From: an uncultured Lachnospiraceae bacterium
Lineage (GTDB): Bacteria; Bacillota; Clostridia; Lachnospirales; Lachnospiraceae
DNA: 38,276 nt
Assembly (NCBI GenBank): GCA_902473545.1
Contig: CABRSG010000001.1
Location: 1-38,276 of the forward strand
Reading direction: 5' to 3'
The translations under genes were made by a program, and so were the position numbers. A model generated the notes under the pieces. It was not told where the DNA came from and made no database searches. It saw nothing but the letters and a program-made list of their open reading frames with translations. Within the stretch, counting starts at the first letter, position 1, and the number at the start of each line of letters is the position of its first letter. This document shows positions 37,596-38,276 of this stretch, in pieces.

Positions 37596-38276
37596 CTAAT
37601 AAAATCCTGCTCTTTCCAGTTTCTTTCTCTGCTGAAGCTCGCCTTTTTTCACAAGGCTCCCTTCCAGCTTGTCACTCCGTCTCCTGCCTTCCTCAAATTC
37701 AAACAGCGTGTGCGTCAGTATTTCCTCCGTCTCATAGCGGTAGCCGATGATTTCAATAATCTCCAGTACCTTCCTGCTCTTATCACGCATTCTCCCGAGA
37801 TGCACCATGATATCAAGCCCGGAGGCAATCTGCCGCCGGACGGCGGAGACAGGCAGCTCAATACCCATCAGTACCATCGTCTCCAATCGCGCAAGCATAT
37901 CGCGGGGACTATTCCCGTGTCCGGTAGAAAGGCTTCCGTCGTGCCCGTTGTTCATCGCCTGGATCATATCGATCGTCTCCTCCCCGCGCACTTCGCCTAC
38001 GATAACCCTATCCGGCCGCATACGTAAACTCGCACGGATGAGGTCGCGGATGGTGATGGCGTGCTCGCCCTGGGTATTTTCCCTGCGCGCCTCAAGCCGG
38101 ACGAGGTTGGAAACCCCCTGTATCTGCAGTTCCGCGTTGTCCTCAATAGTGATGATGCGCTCATCCTTTGGAATAAAATCTGACAGCGCATTTAAAAACG
38201 TGGTCTTGCCGGAGCCGGTGCCTCCGCTGATGAAAATATTGTATCCGGCGATTACCAGCCTGCGCAGAAACTGTAC
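37596..38276 (-). CDS. tadA: TadA/CpaF pilus assembly ATPase, 5' end outside window
   Basis: Frame open to the window edge: ISGGTGSGKTT Walker A, TIEDNAEL, SLRMRPDRVIVGEVRG Walker B, GHDGSLSTGH. Confidence 0.95.
   Translation of the reverse strand, partial: VQFLRRLVIAGYNIFISGGTGSGKTTFLNALSDFIPKDERIITIEDNAELQIQGVSNLVRLEARRENTQGEHAITIRDLIRASLRMRPDRVIVGEVRGEETIDMIQAMNNGHDGSLSTGHGNSPRDMLARLETMVLMGIELPVSAVRRQIASGLDIMVHLGRMRDKSRKVLEIIEIIGYRYETEEILTHTLFEFEEGRRRSDKLEGSLVKKGELQQRKKLERAGFY

Noticed and set aside
37596..38276. Truncated or frameshifted tadA (track shows only 141 aa)
   Set aside because: Manual translation is continuous from the window edge through Walker A to MRPDR; the short ORF is an edge artefact

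Overview
Chromosomal window from a gut Firmicute (gene content and style point to Lachnospiraceae; inference). Left to right: an oligopeptide ABC operon (oppA-oppB-oppC, minus strand, running off the left edge), typA/bipA, and a LacI-regulated arabino-oligosaccharide locus (ABC importer, two GH51 arabinofuranosidases, Zn-dependent polyol dehydrogenase). Next come a decayed IS1182-family remnant and mtnN. A consensus sigmaA promoter then drives a ~217-nt end-to-end base-paired RNA that I cannot assign to a family, directly upstream of the pilin half of a Tad/Flp pilus locus (flp, DUF5702/TadG-like, TadE-like x2, A24 peptidase, DUF6382-FHA). These are followed by DMT, YcaQ and MATE genes, and a LacI-regulated beta-mannoside locus (ABC importer with a frameshifted binding protein, GH2, D-lyxose/D-mannose isomerase). 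At the right edge, in the opposite orientation and ~17.5 kb from flp, is the motor half of the Tad locus (tadA-tadB-tadC). Most notable: the unassigned structured RNA, the split and inverted Tad locus with a dispersed palindromic repeat at the break, a second ~78-bp dispersed element with a compensatory change in its terminal inverted repeat, and many short tandem duplications. All product calls come from motif recognition by eye; no searches were run.
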